From Bacteroidota bacterium (GTDB lineage Bacteria > Bacteroidota > Bacteroidia > 2-12-FULL-35-15): a stretch of DNA of 64,000 nucleotides. Under the pieces are notes generated by a model. That model was not told the origin of the DNA. It saw nothing but the letters and a program-made list of their open reading frames with translations, and did no database searches. Below are positions 47,955 to 57,757 of the stretch, piece by piece. The translations under genes were made by a program, and so were the position numbers. Every line of letters begins with the position of its first letter. Position 1 is the first letter of the stretch. The stretch is taken from positions 64,751 to 128,750 of the forward strand of contig JAOQAD010000041.1 in NCBI GenBank assembly GCA_025963775.1, given 5' to 3'.

Positions 47955-48175
47955 CCACAGATTACACGGATTTCACAGATTATTTATTCATTTGGTAAAC
48001 CACCCCTGTCCCCTCCTACGAGGAGGGGAATGCATCCTGCAGGCAAAATGAGCTCCCTCCTTCCAGGGCCGGGGTGGTTCACAATCTCTTTTTCTATAGA
48101 TAGATTAAAAAAAAACGCAGATTTAACAAATCTGCGTAATTTTTATCAATAAAAAATCTGTAAATCTGTGGCTAA
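47955..48175. repeat. Composite element: 'cacagatt' short direct repeats flanking a GC-rich palindromic core
   Basis: 'ccacagattacacggatttcacagatt' at 47955-47990 and the inverted 'aatctgtaaatctgtgg' at 48155-48171. The core is related to 23565-23660. Confidence 0.65.
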
Positions 48176-48178
48176 TAT

Positions 48179-49081
48179 TTACGCCAGCTCTTTCTTCCTG
48201 AACATATCCGCAACCACCAGCTCTTTCGATCCCGGCGTGTACGTATAAAATCCTTTTCCTGATTTAGCACCGAGGTGTCCGGCAGTGACCATGTTCACCA
48301 GTAGCGGGCAGGCTGCATATTTCGGATTTCCGTAGCCATCCTGCAATACTTTCAGAATAGAAAGGCAAACATCCAGCCCGATAAAATCAGCAAGCTGCAA
48401 AGGGCCCATCGGGTGAGCCATTCCGAGCTTCATTACCGTGTCGATCTCTTCAACGCCTGCGGTTCCTTCATGTAAAGTTATGATCGCTTCGTTGATCATC
48501 GGCATTAAGATCTTGTTGGCCACAAAGCCGGGATAATCATTCACTTCAACCGGGATCTTCCCTAATTTCTTTGACAATTCCATGGTTAGCGCTGTAACAG
48601 CATCCGATGTTGAATAGCCGCGGATCACTTCCACTAATTTCATCACGGGCACGGGGTTCATGAAATGCATCCCGATCACTTTATCAGCACGCTTTGTAAC
48701 GGAAGCGATCTTTGTAATGGAAATGGAAGAGGTATTGGTGGCGAGGATGGTTTCTGCGCTGCAGGCTGCATCCAGCTCGCGGAAGATGTTCAGCTTCAGC
48801 TCCACGTTCTCGGTTGCTGCTTCCACAACAAGGTCTGCATTCTTAACGCCTTCCTTAATGGATGTGTAAGTCGTGATGTTTTTTAAAGTTTGTGCTTTGT
48901 CGGCTTCCGTGATCGTGCCTTTTGCTACGATCCTGTCGAGGTTCTTGGAGATGGTCGCCATGGCTTTGTCAAGTGCCTCCTGTTTGATATCGATCATTGC
49001 CACGTTGTATCCTGATTGTGCAAATGTATGTGCAATGCCGTTGCCCATTGTTCCTGATCCGATGACTGCTATGTTTTTCAT
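48179..49081 (-). CDS. hbd: 3-hydroxybutyryl-CoA / 3-hydroxyacyl-CoA dehydrogenase
   Basis: 'IAVIGSGTMGNGIA' NAD-binding motif and a full-length HADH-like sequence. Confidence 0.88.
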   Translation of the reverse strand: MKNIAVIGSGTMGNGIAHTFAQSGYNVAMIDIKQEALDKAMATISKNLDRIVAKGTITEADKAQTLKNITTYTSIKEGVKNADLVVEAATENVELKLNIFRELDAACSAETILATNTSSISITKIASVTKRADKVIGMHFMNPVPVMKLVEVIRGYSTSDAVTALTMELSKKLGKIPVEVNDYPGFVANKILMPMINEAIITLHEGTAGVEEIDTVMKLGMAHPMGPLQLADFIGLDVCLSILKVLQDGYGNPKYAACPLLVNMVTAGHLGAKSGKGFYTYTPGSKELVVADMFRKKELA

Positions 49082-49164
49082 TTTATAACTGTTGTTTTAG
49101 ATAGATTGAATTAGAGAGTTTAAATATAGGAATAATTTGAAAAAGCAGGAGCACCGATAATGCA

Positions 49165-49476
49165 GTTTGTCATCCCGAGCTTGCCCGAGGGATCTTATTC
49201 CAAATCCTGGAACTTGCGGAAATAATCGCCTGCACACGTTCTCGACTTCGCTCGAGCTGACAGCACACAGTACGTCAATCATAACCCATCATAAGCGTCT
49301 CATAAGCGTCGAAGACGAGCAGATCATTTTTTATCATAAAAATCAGCGAAGATCAGCGTACCATTATACACAGCTTATCAAAGCCTTCACACGTTCTCGA
49401 CTTCGCTCGAACTGACAATGCTCGCATCACACACAGATTGGTAATTCGTAAAATTCGTAATGATTAGCGATCCGTA
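49165..49476. repeat. ~310-bp mosaic of interspersed-repeat modules
   Basis: Contains the GTCATCCCGAGC hairpin (49168-49194) and a duplicated 'cacacgttctcgacttcgctcga(g/a)ctgaca' (49237-49270 and 49389-49420). It also has an 'atcataaaaatcagcgaagatcagcg' module (compare 58655-58700) and a 'gattggtaattcgtaaaattcgtaa' module (compare 19880-19906). Confidence 0.7.
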
Positions 49477-50898
49477 TTATTTTCCCCTGCCCTGCACTAC
49501 GATCAGCGCCGTGTAAATAAGGATCTTCAGGTCGATCCCGAGCGACATATTCTCGATGTAGATGATATCGTATTTCAGGCGGGCGATCATTTCATCCACG
49601 TTCTCTGCATAGCCGTATTTTACCTGTCCCCAGGAAGTGATGCCCGGGCGTACTTTGTGAAGGTGCTTGTAATGCGGTGCTTTCTGCACGATCTGGTCGA
49701 TGAAGAACTGGCGTTCCGGGCGCGGCCCCACGATCGACATTTCCCCGATCAGCACATTGTAAAATTGCGGGATCTCATCCAGCCTTACTTTGCGCAGGAA
49801 CCTTCCCAGCGGTGTGATCCGCGGATCATGCTTGCTGGAAAGTGCAGGCCCCATTTTTTCCGCATCGGTGTACATCGAGCGGAACTTGTGGATCATGAAC
49901 GGTTTGCCATGCCAGCCGATGCGCTCATGGCTGTAAAAGATCGGCCCCCTGGAATTTAATTTAACTGCAATGGCGACAAGAATGTACACCCAGCTGAAGA
50001 TGGTCAGCACAAATACAGAAATAAGAATATCAAAAATGCGCTTTACCGACTGTTCCCAGGCAGGCATGATCTCACGGGAGATCTCGATAAGTGCGGCACC
50101 GAAGATGGAGGTCATTTTTACAGAGCCCGAAAGAATATCATACATATCCGGGATCACTTTAATGATCAGGTCGCCATTATCCAGCTCATTCACGATCTTC
50201 CCGATGTTCTCATGCTCGAAGGATTCGATCGCGATGATCACTTCCTCCACTTTATATTGGTCAATTAACCGCTTCAGGTCGTTCAGCTCGCCAAGGTGCG
50301 GGATGTTCTTGATCAGCTCCTGCGAATAGCCGTTCTTGTTGTCAACATGCACAAAGCCCACAAATTTATTCCCCGATGATTTCACCTGGTTCTGCATCTC
50401 GTTGTACAGGTTCAATGCGTTCTGGTTGCTGCCTACAAGAATGGTGTTAAAGCCCATGATCCGGTTGTGGATCCTGTAATTGGTGAAGCTCGATAAAATA
50501 AAGCGGAGTGTGGCGGTGAGCCCGAAATGAAGGATGAATAAGGTAAAAACGCTCTGGTAATAATTCCGGTACGATTGGATCTCATCGTCCAGCAACAAGA
50601 TAAAGAACAGGATGATCACGCCGATAATGGTGATCAGGAGCGTTTGTCCCACTTCGCGCAAGCGTGATTTGCGGTAGATGTTTTTATAAGTTCCGGTAAG
50701 GATGTAAAGGAACAGCCAGAAAATAGTGATGATGAGCAGGCCCCTGAAAAACTGGTTATCAAAAATAACCGGGATGGCTGTTCCGAATTTTTCAGATTCG
50801 ATGTAAAGCTTGCGGAACGAATAAAACAGGGTCCATGCCGCAACTGCGGAGAACATATCGGCAAAAATATACTTGAGGACCTGTAGTTTTTTATTCAT
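49477..50898 (-). CDS. Undecaprenyl-phosphate sugar phosphotransferase, full-length WbaP/WcaJ type
   Basis: N-terminal TM helices and a C-terminal 'DEIPQFYNVLIGEMSIVGPRP' motif. Confidence 0.85.
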   Translation of the reverse strand: MNKKLQVLKYIFADMFSAVAAWTLFYSFRKLYIESEKFGTAIPVIFDNQFFRGLLIITIFWLFLYILTGTYKNIYRKSRLREVGQTLLITIIGVIILFFILLLDDEIQSYRNYYQSVFTLFILHFGLTATLRFILSSFTNYRIHNRIMGFNTILVGSNQNALNLYNEMQNQVKSSGNKFVGFVHVDNKNGYSQELIKNIPHLGELNDLKRLIDQYKVEEVIIAIESFEHENIGKIVNELDNGDLIIKVIPDMYDILSGSVKMTSIFGAALIEISREIMPAWEQSVKRIFDILISVFVLTIFSWVYILVAIAVKLNSRGPIFYSHERIGWHGKPFMIHKFRSMYTDAEKMGPALSSKHDPRITPLGRFLRKVRLDEIPQFYNVLIGEMSIVGPRPERQFFIDQIVQKAPHYKHLHKVRPGITSWGQVKYGYAENVDEMIARLKYDIIYIENMSLGIDLKILIYTALIVVQGRGK

Positions 50899-50914
50899 AC
50901 CTAAGCATTGTTGC

Positions 50915-51820
50915 TTAATAATGGATGAGCTTTATGTTGTCAATGTCCAGGTACAGGCCATCGGCACCTGAATTGTTCAGCATTCCGAAAAATATATTGT
51001 AATCGCTTGCACCGGCTGTTGCCGCAATTGTGGGCGATAAATAAATGTAGATCTTGTTCCAGGTGTAGGAAGGGTGGATGCTCAGCACTTTGGTCTTTAC
51101 AGAGCCGGCGCTGCCATGCGCATACAGGCCAACCACAAAGTCGAAATTGCAGCGGTAGTTCAGCTCAAGGAATACGGGTGCATCGCCGCGTGGCAGCACA
51201 AAAGGGGGCTTGGAGCTCCAGTATTCGAAAAATGTATTCTTGTGGTCGATGTACACCACGCCGGAAGCGTCGCCTTCAAAAACCTCCGGGTCACCAGCGC
51301 CGGCTCTTGTATGCCGGTACATATTGGTGTCGGTTCCAGATGCACTGGTATCGAGTGTGATGCCCGATGAACGTTCAAAATCCTCTTTCCACATATTGGT
51401 TCCTTCCCAGTCGAGCCCCGACACATAGCGTACTGCCGGGCTCACCGCTGTAATGGTACCCCGTGTTAAAGTGATGCTTTGCTTGAAATAGTTGTAGAAA
51501 GGATAAGGAGCCCTTGTTGCTGAAATGCCGTTCACCTTGATGCCTGCTTTAACCAGGATCTCGTGCGTGCCTTCTTCCAGGACAGGAAAAGTAACAGGCA
51601 GTTCGTAAGCTCCGAGCAAATGTCCGTCAATGTACACCCAGGCATCGGTGATCTTGCTTGAGCTCGTGCCTTCCAGCGCCGAGTCGGTGCTGAGGGTGAT
51701 CTTCTGGATGTGAATATAGGAAGGTACAGGCTCGGCCGGATTGTACAGGTTGCAGGAGCCGAGAAGGCCTGTTAAAAGAATGATCCCGGAAAAAAAAAGC
51801 AGGTAATTGTGTTTCATCAT
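50915..51820 (-). CDS. Hypothetical lipoprotein
   Basis: 'MMKHNYLLFFSGIILLTGLLGSC' lipobox. Confidence 0.5.
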   Translation of the reverse strand: MMKHNYLLFFSGIILLTGLLGSCNLYNPAEPVPSYIHIQKITLSTDSALEGTSSSKITDAWVYIDGHLLGAYELPVTFPVLEEGTHEILVKAGIKVNGISATRAPYPFYNYFKQSITLTRGTITAVSPAVRYVSGLDWEGTNMWKEDFERSSGITLDTSASGTDTNMYRHTRAGAGDPEVFEGDASGVVYIDHKNTFFEYWSSKPPFVLPRGDAPVFLELNYRCNFDFVVGLYAHGSAGSVKTKVLSIHPSYTWNKIYIYLSPTIAATAGASDYNIFFGMLNNSGADGLYLDIDNIKLIHY

Positions 51821-51828
51821 AAAAATGT

Positions 51829-52821
51829 TTATGCCCCCTGGTCGTCAAAGCCTGCCGTCACCTTCATTTTTTCAATGATCTTGTAGGCTACGTCAAGTGC
51901 TTTATATCCATCATCAATGCTCACCAAAGGAGTCGAATTGCTGATTATAGAATCAGCAAACGTTTCAAGTTCCATTTTTATTGCGTTGGTTGGTAAAATT
52001 CCCGGGTTCTCAAAATAGATCTGTTTGGAGCCTTTGTTACCAAGATCGATGATAACTGCCAGTGGGTCAGGCTCCCCGGTAATGTTTTTCAGGCGGATCA
52101 CATCCACTTTTTTATCCAGGAAATCGATGGAGATGTAGGCATCTTTCTGGAAAAAGCGGGATTTTCGCATGTTTTTCATTGAGATCCGGCTGGCAGTGAG
52201 GTTCGCCACGCAGCCATTGTCGAATTCAATACGGGCATTGCAGATATCCGGGCTTTCGCTCACCACGGCCACGCCGCTTGCACTGATGCGCTTGATGTTG
52301 GAGCGGACCACGCTTAAAATGATGTCAATATCGTGGATCATGAGGTCAAGCACCACCGAAACATCCGTTCCTCTCGGGTTGAACTGCGCCAACCGATGCG
52401 TTTCTATGAACATCGGGCTGGAGCAGTAGGATTTTCCGGCGATAAAAGCAGGATTGAAGCGCTCCACATGTCCCACCTGCACCTTTACATTCGCCTCTTT
52501 CGAAAGGCCGATCAGACTTTTCGCTTCTTCGATGGTATTGGTCACCGGCTTTTCAATGAATACATGCTTTGATTTTTTGATCGCGCGGGAAGCGCAGTCG
52601 TAATGCGTGATGGTAGGCGTTACAATGTCGACGGCATCTACCTCATTGAGCAGGGCATCCATGCTGCTGAAATACTTTATCCCGAACTCTTTCGCCACAA
52701 TTTCCGCATTCTCTGCATTGGGGTCGTAAAAACCAACAAGCTCATATTTTTCAATTTCCTTCAATAGCCGGATGTGTATTTTGCCCAGATGGCCGGCACC
52801 AAGAACTCCGATCTTTATCAT
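51829..52821 (-). CDS. Gfo/Idh/MocA-family NAD(P)-dependent oxidoreductase
   Basis: 'MIKIGVLGAGHLGKIH' Rossmann N-terminus. The ORF track extends it 13 codons upstream to 52860. Confidence 0.8.
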   Translation of the reverse strand: MIKIGVLGAGHLGKIHIRLLKEIEKYELVGFYDPNAENAEIVAKEFGIKYFSSMDALLNEVDAVDIVTPTITHYDCASRAIKKSKHVFIEKPVTNTIEEAKSLIGLSKEANVKVQVGHVERFNPAFIAGKSYCSSPMFIETHRLAQFNPRGTDVSVVLDLMIHDIDIILSVVRSNIKRISASGVAVVSESPDICNARIEFDNGCVANLTASRISMKNMRKSRFFQKDAYISIDFLDKKVDVIRLKNITGEPDPLAVIIDLGNKGSKQIYFENPGILPTNAIKMELETFADSIISNSTPLVSIDDGYKALDVAYKIIEKMKVTAGFDDQGA

Positions 52822-52922
52822 AATCGCATTTTGATTTGCAACAAAAATACTTTTTTCCACAATAGGCTCTTGAAAAATAACACTGAATTATTAAGGATAC
52901 TTGTGTTAATTTTGCAGACGAG

Positions 52923-53579
52923 ATGATGGTAAATGATACATACAGGCACAAAGGACTGCGCAGGCAACTCGCAGCCCTGCTAAAAGAGAAGGGCATTGCA
53001 AGCGCAGAAGTGTTAAAGGCGATAGAAGCGGTTCCGAGGCATTTGTTCCTGAACAGCTCCTTTATTGAGCGGGCTTACGAGGACATTGCATTCCCGATCG
53101 GCTCGGGCCAGACCATCTCCCGGCCGCATACCGTGGCATTCCAGACCGAATTGCTGCAGCTGAAAAAAGGGGAGAAGGTTTTGGAGATCGGCACGGGATC
53201 GGGTTACCAGACCAGCGTGCTTATTGAAATGGGCGTGAAGGTATTTACCATCGAGCGCCAGAAAGCACTGTTCGACACCACCAAAAAATTCCTGCCCGAG
53301 ATCGGCTACGGCTCCGCCAAATTCTTTTACGGCGACGGCTACAAAGGACTCCCTGTATTTGCTCCATTTGACAAGATCATCATCACAGCAGGTGCTCCTT
53401 CCATTCCCAACGACCTGCTGGACCAGCTGAAAGTGGGCGGCATTATGGTGATCCCGCTCGGCGACACTGTGCAGACCATGACCTTACTGAAAAAAACAGC
53501 AGAGCGGAAATTTGAAAAAGTGGAGTATGGCGAATTTAAATTCGTGCCGCTGCTGGAAGACAAGGAATGGGGCGCTTAG
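52923..53579 (+). CDS. pcm: Protein-L-isoaspartate O-methyltransferase
   Basis: 'VLEIGTGSGYQT' SAM motif and a PCMT-like sequence. Confidence 0.88.
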   Translation: MMVNDTYRHKGLRRQLAALLKEKGIASAEVLKAIEAVPRHLFLNSSFIERAYEDIAFPIGSGQTISRPHTVAFQTELLQLKKGEKVLEIGTGSGYQTSVLIEMGVKVFTIERQKALFDTTKKFLPEIGYGSAKFFYGDGYKGLPVFAPFDKIIITAGAPSIPNDLLDQLKVGGIMVIPLGDTVQTMTLLKKTAERKFEKVEYGEFKFVPLLEDKEWGA

Positions 53580-53688
53580 TTATTAACAGGCGTAGGTTTG
53601 TAATTGCAGGGAGCTGATCATCACCCCGGCCTTTAAACAGGTTTATTTTGTGATGCGGTTTTTATTCCGCCTTTCAAACTAAACGCTC

Positions 53689-54642
53689 ATGAAAAAACAC
53701 ATCCTTTCCATTTCTTTTTTATTAGGGGCAAGCGCTCTTTTTGCACAGGACCTTACTTCAAAAAAAGGCGAGCCCATCCTGCCGGAGGCCGACGACTGGG
53801 CCATCAGCATGAATGCAGATCCCATTTTTGAGTTCATCGGGAATGCCTTCAACGGAAATACAAAGAACAACGCTGCCAATACCAACTGGCTGAGCGCATC
53901 ACATACCATTGTCGGAAAAAGGTTCATCAACGAAAAAACAGCATACCGCGTGATGCTGCGGATCGGCTTTGTGAACCAGACGTTCAAGAACATGGTAGCC
54001 AACGATGCCGAGTTCGGGACTGTGTTTAACTTTCCTGACAAGCAGGGGCAGGTGGAAGACAAGTACAGGCACAGCAACATGAACCTCTGCATTGGTGCGG
54101 GCAAGGAATGGAGAAAAGGGAAAACGCGTTTGCAGGGATATTACGGCGCCGACCTGATGATCTGGATGGGAAGCTCAAAAGATAAATTCACGTACGGCAA
54201 CCAGATGTCGCCAACCAGCAATGCATCAGCAGGCGGAGGCTCTACCACTACAATGCCGACAACTACGGTATGGTTCACCAATCCTGACAGTGCAAATTTC
54301 GGGATGCCCGACAGTGTTGGTGCACGAACAAGCCGGCTGATGCAGAACAAATCGGGAATGACCTTCGGAATTGGCGTGAGGGGATTTATCGGTGTTGAAT
54401 ATTTTGTGTTCCCGAAGATTGCGATCGGCGCAGAATACGGATTGGGGCTCGGGTACCAGATGACAGGAAAGGGCAGGACAGAAGTGCAAACGCAGGGAGG
54501 CTCTCCCTTGCAGGTTGCCAATGTGGATTATGAAGTGGCGGGCTCATCAAAGTTCGGCTTCGATACCGACATGAACCAGGGAAAAATTTTCGGCTTCAGC
54601 AATGCCGGAACAGCTTCATTGAAGATCACATTTCACTTTTAG
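53689..54642 (+). CDS. Putative outer-membrane beta-barrel protein
   Basis: Signal peptide 'MKKHILSISFLLGASALFAQ', Gly/aromatic-rich alternating pattern and a C-terminal 'ITFHF'. Confidence 0.5.
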   Translation: MKKHILSISFLLGASALFAQDLTSKKGEPILPEADDWAISMNADPIFEFIGNAFNGNTKNNAANTNWLSASHTIVGKRFINEKTAYRVMLRIGFVNQTFKNMVANDAEFGTVFNFPDKQGQVEDKYRHSNMNLCIGAGKEWRKGKTRLQGYYGADLMIWMGSSKDKFTYGNQMSPTSNASAGGGSTTTMPTTTVWFTNPDSANFGMPDSVGARTSRLMQNKSGMTFGIGVRGFIGVEYFVFPKIAIGAEYGLGLGYQMTGKGRTEVQTQGGSPLQVANVDYEVAGSSKFGFDTDMNQGKIFGFSNAGTASLKITFHF

Positions 54643-54918
54643 TAAGAATTTCATGAATTAGGAAGGCGCTTGTTCCACGATCTGAAACGGAAAGGCTGGT
54701 GGCGATACAATTTTTGCAAACAGCTTATTACAAAAGGTTTGCGGGCCGGCATTGGATTTTTTTCCTGGAGAAGCTCTGCGTGGAAAGGCTCTGTTTTGTG
54801 GATAACGGTGTTGAAAACTATAAAACTGTCAATTTTTGAAATATTAAAAAGATATATCTTTGGCCTAAATTAATTTGTACACAGAACAATTAACTTTAAA
54901 CTAAACTAAAAAAACGTT

Positions 54919-55758
54919 ATGAAAAAATCAGTACTACTAATTGCATTAGCATTTGGCGTATCAAATGTTTTCGCGCAGCTTTCTACAAGAGAAAACGATG
55001 CTTCTGTCGAGAAAATCGGCGCAAGGCCTAAAGCAGGCGACATGGCTTTCGTATTCGGAATGCCTATCTCCAGCGATTCAGGAAAAGCTAAATTATTTGA
55101 TGGAAATGCATTGAAATCAGGTAATGTATTAACTTACAAATGGTACAAAACTGATGACATGGTGATCCGTTTTGGTTTCCGTTTAATGAATGAGAACCTT
55201 ACCGTTAAAGGAACAGGACTTGATTCTTCTGCACAGTACAATCCAAACCTGGTGACTCCCCCGTTCGCAGGTGTGAAGGATGTAAAAAGAAAAGAGAAGA
55301 AAAGAATGTATGAGATCGTACCGGGTGTTGAGAAGCATTTCTTAGCAAGCAACATTTTTGATGCGTATGCTGGTGCTGACCTTTATTTAGGTTTCGGACG
55401 TGATATGACCACTTCTAACTTCGATTACATCAACGGTGACCACAGCTACACAACAACAAAAACTCCTACAACTGATTTAGGTTTAGGCCTGGTAACCGGT
55501 TTCAATGTATTCATCGCTCACCTGCCTGTATCTTTAGGTTTGGAGTACGGATGGAATGCTAAATGGACATTCGGTGGAATCGACAAAGTGAAAACTGATG
55601 TAAAAGCAGGTACACTTTCTTACACTGAAGAGTACAAACAGGATAACAGCACTACCAGCGAATCAACTGCTAAATACAGCAAGTTAAAAAGAAGGGAATT
55701 CAACGCTGAAACGAATCAGGATGTGAGAATTGTTCTTCACATTTATTTCGGGAAATAG
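54919..55758 (+). CDS. Putative outer-membrane beta-barrel protein
   Basis: Signal peptide 'MKKSVLLIALAFGVSNVFAQ' and a C-terminal 'VLHIYFGK'. Confidence 0.5.
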   Translation: MKKSVLLIALAFGVSNVFAQLSTRENDASVEKIGARPKAGDMAFVFGMPISSDSGKAKLFDGNALKSGNVLTYKWYKTDDMVIRFGFRLMNENLTVKGTGLDSSAQYNPNLVTPPFAGVKDVKRKEKKRMYEIVPGVEKHFLASNIFDAYAGADLYLGFGRDMTTSNFDYINGDHSYTTTKTPTTDLGLGLVTGFNVFIAHLPVSLGLEYGWNAKWTFGGIDKVKTDVKAGTLSYTEEYKQDNSTTSESTAKYSKLKRREFNAETNQDVRIVLHIYFGK

Positions 55759-55800
55759 TTAGAGTCCAGGTAACGTTCAATTCTTAAAACACTACGACAT

Positions 55801-56211
55801 ATGAAAAAAATATTTTTATTATTCAGCACATTCGTTGCTATCCTGCTTTTTGCATCATCTTGTACGATGCACAACAGGACAACAATGGGTGCACCATTGG
55901 AAGCGCGTGTAAACTTTACCTCTGCAGATCTTGAATACATTGGTGAGGTTACAGGTACATCCACTCAATACTATGTATTGGGAATTCCTTACGGCGGACG
56001 CAGGTATTACACTGCTTCAACCGGGGGGCTTGCACTTCCTGTCAGCGCAAACCGCGGTTATAACAACGCATTGTACGATGCATTGGGCCAGAAATCGGAT
56101 GCTGATTTTGTATTGCCGATCTCTTCAGAAAGCACCGTTAACTATTCTTTCTTAGGAAGAAAAGTAACGATCACACTAAGGGCTAAAGCGTTCAAGATCA
56201 AAACCAAATAG
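55801..56211 (+). CDS. Small hypothetical lipoprotein
   Basis: 'MKKIFLLFSTFVAILLFASSC' lipobox. Confidence 0.5.
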   Translation: MKKIFLLFSTFVAILLFASSCTMHNRTTMGAPLEARVNFTSADLEYIGEVTGTSTQYYVLGIPYGGRRYYTASTGGLALPVSANRGYNNALYDALGQKSDADFVLPISSESTVNYSFLGRKVTITLRAKAFKIKTK

Positions 56212-56230
56212 GCTTAAAATTGTTGATAAG

Positions 56231-56268
56231 AAAAGGCGTTCACTGCATTCCGGTGAACGCCTTTTTTG
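56231..56268 (+). terminator. Rho-independent terminator
   Basis: 'aaggcgttcac-tgcattccg-gtgaacgcctt' followed by 'ttttg'. Confidence 0.8.
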
Positions 56269-56301
56269 TAATATTACAGGGCTAAAAAACACATTGAAAA
56301 A

Positions 56302-57111
56302 ATGAAAATGAAATCTTTATTCGGCGCACTCATCTGCCTTACAGTCGTTCTCGCTTCTTCCTGCAAAAGGGATAAGGACAGCGTTCCGCATGTTACTGTA
56401 AGCCCTTCTGCTTTGTATATTTATGGAAATGTAGGCGACCTTGTTACTTTCAGCATTTCGGTTGATTCGGAATCACCGCTTTCCAAATTTTACATCAGCC
56501 AGCAGCCCGATAACCAGGTTGCTGTTACCGTGCTTGATACTTCCATCACTTCAAAAGGTGTGAACTTCACTTATTACTACAGGCTTCCTGCCGCACTGGC
56601 CGGTACATCCGTGATCTTTGAATTCAAGGCGCAGGATGAGAACGGGAACACTGGAAAAGAATTGAAGCGCGTGTTCATTGCAACGCCGGCAGCTGTTCCA
56701 TTAACAGAAACAACAGGGCACAGGATGTACTCCAACCTCGGCACCAACCCCGATGCCTATAACCTCGAAACAAACGTAAGCCAGTTCTCCACTTCCGATT
56801 CAACACTGCGCGATGTGCAGGATGCTTCCGGAACGGACACTACGCTTTCAAGGAACTGGATCTCGCCTGCCGGCGGACAGTTTGTTGCTTATAACGGATT
56901 TGATTACGCCAATGCCACCAATGTTTCCACGGTGAATGCATACAACGGCGGCGTGAAGCTTACACAGCTTTCAGGACTTGCTGTCGGCGATATCATCATT
57001 ACAAAGCTGGGCAGCTTAACTACCAATAAATACTCCGTGATCCGCATCACCGATATTGTTGACCTCCCGGGAAAGAACAATGATTACTACGAGTTCAGTA
57101 TAAAGAAATAA
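56302..57111 (+). CDS. Hypothetical lipoprotein
   Basis: 'MKMKSLFGALICLTVVLASSC' lipobox. No recognisable domain. Confidence 0.5.
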   Translation: MKMKSLFGALICLTVVLASSCKRDKDSVPHVTVSPSALYIYGNVGDLVTFSISVDSESPLSKFYISQQPDNQVAVTVLDTSITSKGVNFTYYYRLPAALAGTSVIFEFKAQDENGNTGKELKRVFIATPAAVPLTETTGHRMYSNLGTNPDAYNLETNVSQFSTSDSTLRDVQDASGTDTTLSRNWISPAGGQFVAYNGFDYANATNVSTVNAYNGGVKLTQLSGLAVGDIIITKLGSLTTNKYSVIRITDIVDLPGKNNDYYEFSIKK

Positions 57112-57129
57112 TTTTTTTGACTATAAAGA

Positions 57130-57166
57130 AAATCCCTCCTGCAGATCGCGGGAGGGATTTTTGTTT
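57130..57166. terminator. Bidirectional Rho-independent terminator
   Basis: 'atccctcc-tgcagatcgc-gggagggat' with T-runs on both sides. It lies between convergent genes. Confidence 0.75.
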
Positions 57167-57701
57167 ACATGCATTCTGCGAACAGCCGTTCGAGCTCGTC
57201 GTTACTGAGCTCCCGCCATGCACTTTCCTTTAAATTCCCCAGCCTGATGTGCATGATCCGTACACGCTGAAGTTTGATCACCTGGTAGCCATACACAGCG
57301 CACATCCGCCTGATCTGCCTGTTCAGCCCCTGTGTGAGTACGATGCGGAAGGCCCTGCGCGTGCCCGGTTCCGCTTTTATTTTACAGGGTTTGGTCATTG
57401 CATCGCCAAGGTCGACACCGCTGGCCATGTCCTTTAAGAACTGGTTTCGCAAAGGAAGATTGAGTGTTACGAGGTATTCTTTTTCGTGTTTGAAGTGGGG
57501 ATGGATGATCCTGTTGATAATGGAAGCATTGTCGGTGAGCAGGATCAGGCCTTCCGAATCTTTGTCGAGCCGGCCAACGGGCAGCAGCTTCTTTTCGGAG
57601 CCCACCGCATCAATGATATTCCCCGGGATCTTTTCCGTGGTGCAGACCACTCCCTTCGGTTTGTTGAATGCAATGTATGTATGCGTGTCGAATTGGTTCA
57701 T
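57165..57701 (-). CDS. rRNA pseudouridine synthase (RsuA/RluE-type, no S4 domain)
   Basis: 'LPVGRLDKDSEGLILLTDN' catalytic Asp motif. Confidence 0.82.
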   Translation of the reverse strand: MNQFDTHTYIAFNKPKGVVCTTEKIPGNIIDAVGSEKKLLPVGRLDKDSEGLILLTDNASIINRIIHPHFKHEKEYLVTLNLPLRNQFLKDMASGVDLGDAMTKPCKIKAEPGTRRAFRIVLTQGLNRQIRRMCAVYGYQVIKLQRVRIMHIRLGNLKESAWRELSNDELERLFAECM

Positions 57702-57757
57702 GCTGTAAAGATAATTTGTTTTCGCTCTGGCGGATTTATTATTAATTTGCGCTCATC

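Noticed and set aside
54670-54873. 67-aa plus-strand ORF between the two OMP genes
   Set aside because: No RBS or promoter context, and a basic, Trp-rich improbable composition. More likely the promoter/leader region of the downstream OMP gene.
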